DNA of 64,000 nt from the human T2T-CHM13v2.0 reference genome, Homo sapiens: NCBI RefSeq assembly GCF_009914755.1, contig NC_060928.1. One strand, written 5' to 3'. Positions 59,953-64,000 of the stretch are shown one piece after another. A model generated the notes under the pieces. That model was not told where the DNA came from, made no database searches, and saw only the letters and a program-made list of their open reading frames with translations. Position 1 is the stretch's first letter. Every line of letters starts with the position of its first letter. The position numbers and the translations under genes were made by a program.

Positions 59953-60286
59953 GATAGAGAGTAGAATGATGGTTACCAGAGACTGGGAAGGGTAGTAGAG
60001 AGGAGAGGGGGATAAACTGGAGATGGTTGATGGGTACAAAAATACAATTAGAAGAAATAAGATCTGGTGTTTTGTGGCATGACTATAGTTAACAATAATT
60101 TATTGTATACTTCAGGATAACTAAAAGAGTGCAATTGAAATGTTCCTAGCACAAAGAAATGATAAATATTTGAGGTGATGAATACCCTAATTACACTGGT
60201 TTGATCATTAGCTTGTATCAAAATATCACACATACCCCATAAATATGTATAACTATTATGTATCCATAATAATTTTAAATAAAAAG
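59953..60286 (+). mobile_element. L1MA 3' UTR (sense part of a 5'-inverted insertion)
   Basis: 'gatagagagtagaatgatggttaccagagactgggaaggg...tagaagaaataagatct...actattatgtatccataataatt'. Confidence 0.88.
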
Positions 60287-60303
60287 TTTTTGAAGTTGGT
60301 AAG

Positions 60304-60565
60304 CTGCATGTTCTCACTTATAAGTGGGAGCTAAATGATAAGAACTATGAACACAAGGAAGGAAACAACAGATACAGGAGTTTACTTGATGGGGGAGGCT
60401 GGGAGGAGGGAGAAGAGCAGAAAAGATAACTTTTGGGTACTGGGCTTAATTCCTGGGTGATGCAGTAATGTGTACAACAACCCCCCGTGACACGTGTTTA
60501 CCTCTGTAACAAACCTTCACATGTACCCCTAAACCTAAAATGAAAATTAGCAAACCAAAACAAAA
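60304..60565 (+). mobile_element. L1PB-like 3' end
   Basis: 'tgcatgttctcacttataagtgggagctaaatgat...aaaccttcacatgtacccctaaacctaaaat'. TSD-like aagttggtaagc/aaggtggtaagc. Confidence 0.88.
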
Positions 60566-60929
60566 AGGTGGTAAGCAATGAAACATAGTATTGCATTTGG
60601 TAACTACTGACATTACCAATATCTCTTAGTTATGTGATCTGATTAAATTGGGAGATACTGAAAAAGAATACAGGATAAGAACTCACTCAGGGTCTAATAT
60701 ATTATATGTAGAATGAGGTCTCTAAAGGAATGTTTTCAAAGGAAAGGAATTACATGATGTGCTCACGCAGGTATTTTGTGTCAAATCACAGTTTATGAAA
60801 GATAATTATACTCAATTTTGAACTTATAACACATTGAGTCATAATATTGTCTGTTTTAATTTTTAAAAATATTTTATATGTAACTCTGTGTGTGTAGAAA
60901 GCCAACACGTCTGAATTCACCAGTCCCTT

Positions 60930-61165
60930 CTTGAGCACCTCTTTGAGCTGTAGGTACATCATGGAACTTTACACACATTATTTCTAATCCTGATTAAACA
61001 TCTAGACGATAAAATTTATTAGCACCATTTTACACTTTAGAAAACTAAAGCTTAGGGTAGTAGCGTAACTCATCTAGGTTTAGACAGGTAGTAAGCATAG
61101 GAGCAACACAGTTGAAACCCATGTCTTGTTCCCTCAGAGTTGGTACCCTTTCCCACTGCTACATG
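60930..61165 (-). mobile_element. MIR
   Basis: 'tttacacacattatttctaatcct...ccattttacactttagaaaactaaagcttag'. Confidence 0.7.
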
Positions 61166-62924
61166 TATTTTATGAATCCAAGACTAGTGGCTTAAGGAGA
61201 CTGGTTGATAAGTTCACTGATAGAGAATTGGTATCATCAGTACTAATAATTTTTGTGTCTAAATTTAGTTTTGTGATGCACAGTGTCTTTCATTTTCACA
61301 AATAAGAACATTTCCAAGTGTTAGAATCTTCACTCACATAAACATACACACTTATACAATTATAAAAATACGTAATTACGCACAATAGAAGGTAAGGATC
61401 TTAGGTACACTAATACATGTTTATCCTTCTTGATACTACTATAAGACCCTGTCATACCATGTTTTTTTGGTTGAAGAGTTCTATAAAAAATGGAGAAAGA
61501 GTAGTCCTTCAGAAAAACTTAAGTAAGAAGAAAAGTTCTCATCATATATAGCAAGGTTCTTGAGGGAAAAAGATTTCTTGTTATTCAGATGAATGTGAAA
61601 GTTCAGTGAAACGCAATCACAGCAGTTGATTGTGAATGTTGACCTCAGAATGTATTCTCTGAAGGAATGCTAATGACTCTTACCGTGATGCACTGGCTTA
61701 TTTAGATACCATTAAGAGCTCCAACTTGACAAGCAGGATGATGAACTGCACTTTTCCTATCATGCAACACATGTTTGGATAACAGGCAGCTCTGTTAAGT
61801 TGGGAGATTGTTTATTTTTAAAGAATCAATTTTTCATCTTCTTCTGCAATCCCAGTTTAAAACTCAGACAACTCATGGCTAATAAACAGAACTTCTGCCT
61901 AAGATTGGGTCTTGGGGGGCACAGAGTATAATGACACCTCTGTTTTATCAACATAAAACCTCTTTGGTCCTCCAAAGGATGATGTTCTGTTCGAATCCTG
62001 GTATATCTGACTCCATTGAATGAATGATTTTATGCCTCAAAAGTATCCTGTATTACCTACCTAATTTTTTTTATAAATAAATTTCAGTAACTGAAATGTG
62101 AACAACTCTAACCCTGACATAGATGTTTACTGTTGGATATTGTTGTATCCTTTACTTATTAAAAAATTTCTTGTGATCTTTCATTTTAAATATTTCATGC
62201 AAGATAAAACAAAACAAATATATTTAACAGCTAAATGGATATTTTCAAAATTAGGTGAAATTCTCTTTCTCATTGCTTTTGTGACTTTCTTATAGTCTTG
62301 GAATATTGAGTTCATTTAATATTTTCTAGTAAATTAGTGTTTTCCAATAAATTAGTATATTCCAAAAATAAATTATATTTTCCAATAAATTAGTATATTC
62401 TTCCCCAAGAGGTAATGATATTGATGTGTCAGCAGTGGGGAAGGCTTTCTACAGATTGTAATTTATGACAATAGAAGGATGGGCCCTCCCAGAACAAAAC
62501 TAATTGAATCACTTCAAATTTCAATAATGCCATTGTTTTGGCTCTTAAAGGTAATATTTTGCTTTCAAGAGTATCATTTAAAATGAACCTCTAGATGTAA
62601 ACTTTAAACCTATATGAGTTAATATATGAATTATCATTTAAGACTTTAGCAGGAATTAGTGGGCAGCTTTTAGAGATAAATTGAAATACATTTTGTGCCC
62701 AGTCAGAAATAAGCCTAGCCATGAAAACATTGTTCAAGAAGTGCTGCTTACCTGGTGTTCACCTCTCTAGGCTCAGAAGCTTTATTTTAATAAAAAGGAA
62801 TAATGCTTGGTAGAAAAAATCTAGAAAAGTATCTTAAAGTATTCTTAAATTTGAGACTGTATGGTCATCATACATGGTTCATTGAGAACAATTGAACTCA
62901 TAAAATGAAATCTAAGCACATTAG

Positions 62925-63260
62925 TATCACTTAGGGCTCCAGCAGGAAATAGGTGGCATGCTCAAAGAAGAATTCAATATAATGCAATGCAGAGACTAAA
63001 GGTAGTCTTAAGGGAACCAACAAATGATAATGAAGCACCCAGAAATCCAGAGATTGAGAGCAGGAAACTATTATCACTCATAGGCCCAAAGGTACAAGGA
63101 GATAATGTGTGTTGTTGGAACCTAACGAGTTAAGGCAATGATAGAGGGGCAGGCTGACAGGAGCTGCAACTCTCTAGACTGAAGAACAGAGCCACTGCTA
63201 AGCCATGGCCCAGCAGGTCCACCAAGGAGAGCATAGACCTGACCTCTCATTTCCCTTGGT
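62925..63260. mobile_element. Ancient LTR fragment (LTR78/MamRep-like; family uncertain)
   Basis: 'ccagcaggaaataggtggcatgctcaaa...taagggaaccaacaaatgataatgaagcaccc...taggcccaaagg' resembles old eutherian LTRs, judged from memory. Confidence 0.45.
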
Positions 63261-63675
63261 CTTTGATCTCTTACTGGAGTAAGAATATTCCAGTAGATTA
63301 TGACACAGTGCTTATGGCAGGGCTGCTTTTACTTTCTGCAAAGTAATCTCTTTTTTCTTTCTTTTTTGCTAAAGTTTGCTTAGTACCATGCCTGGAGTAG
63401 CTGATTTCAATGAAGCATTTCTCTCTTTGACATATTCCCTAATATCCAGGCTCCCTGGTGCCCCACTATACTGGGATGGTTTTTATCAGTCCATTTAGCT
63501 ATACAGCTCTCTCCTCAAACAAGTTGCCCCGTCCTGTACCTCCTTCTTATAGTCATGGCGTTTCATTCACCTTGGCAATGGGAAGGATTTTAAAATTTAT
63601 TGTAATGCAGGAGGTTACTTTCTCACTGGAGTAAAACCTTACAATGTGGAATTATCATCATCATAATAATAATGT

Positions 63676-63998
<323 letters not shown>

Positions 63999-64000
63999 TT

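Overview
This is a non-coding, repeat-rich mammalian window, almost certainly human, because it carries an AluYa5 with all five diagnostic substitutions. I recognise no host protein-coding exon, RNA gene or CRISPR array. The ORF track is explained by Alu, LTR12, L1 and L2 sequence or by chance; the only real coding remnants are an L1 ORF2 C-terminus (45798-46658, minus) and a decayed L1/HAL1 ORF1 piece (~43942-44196). Repeats include about 15 Alus, a solo LTR12C with a 4-bp target-site duplication (TSD), THE1/MST/MLT1 MaLR LTRs, Charlie1a, MER20, MER5, a MER47-like MITE, L1PA/L1PB/L1MA/HAL1 fragments and many L2/MIR relics. Three structures are not explained by repeat families I recognise: (1) a diverged ~550-bp inverted repeat (30020-30570 vs 32273-33135) around a ~1.7-kb spacer; (2) an ancient ~1-kb direct duplication 11 kb apart (3710-4710 vs 14705-15700); (3) an L1 fragment captured inside an MLT1 LTR with a snap-back hairpin at both junctions. 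All subfamily calls and identities were judged by eye and need computational confirmation. I cannot claim a new biological system; these three are the best leads.
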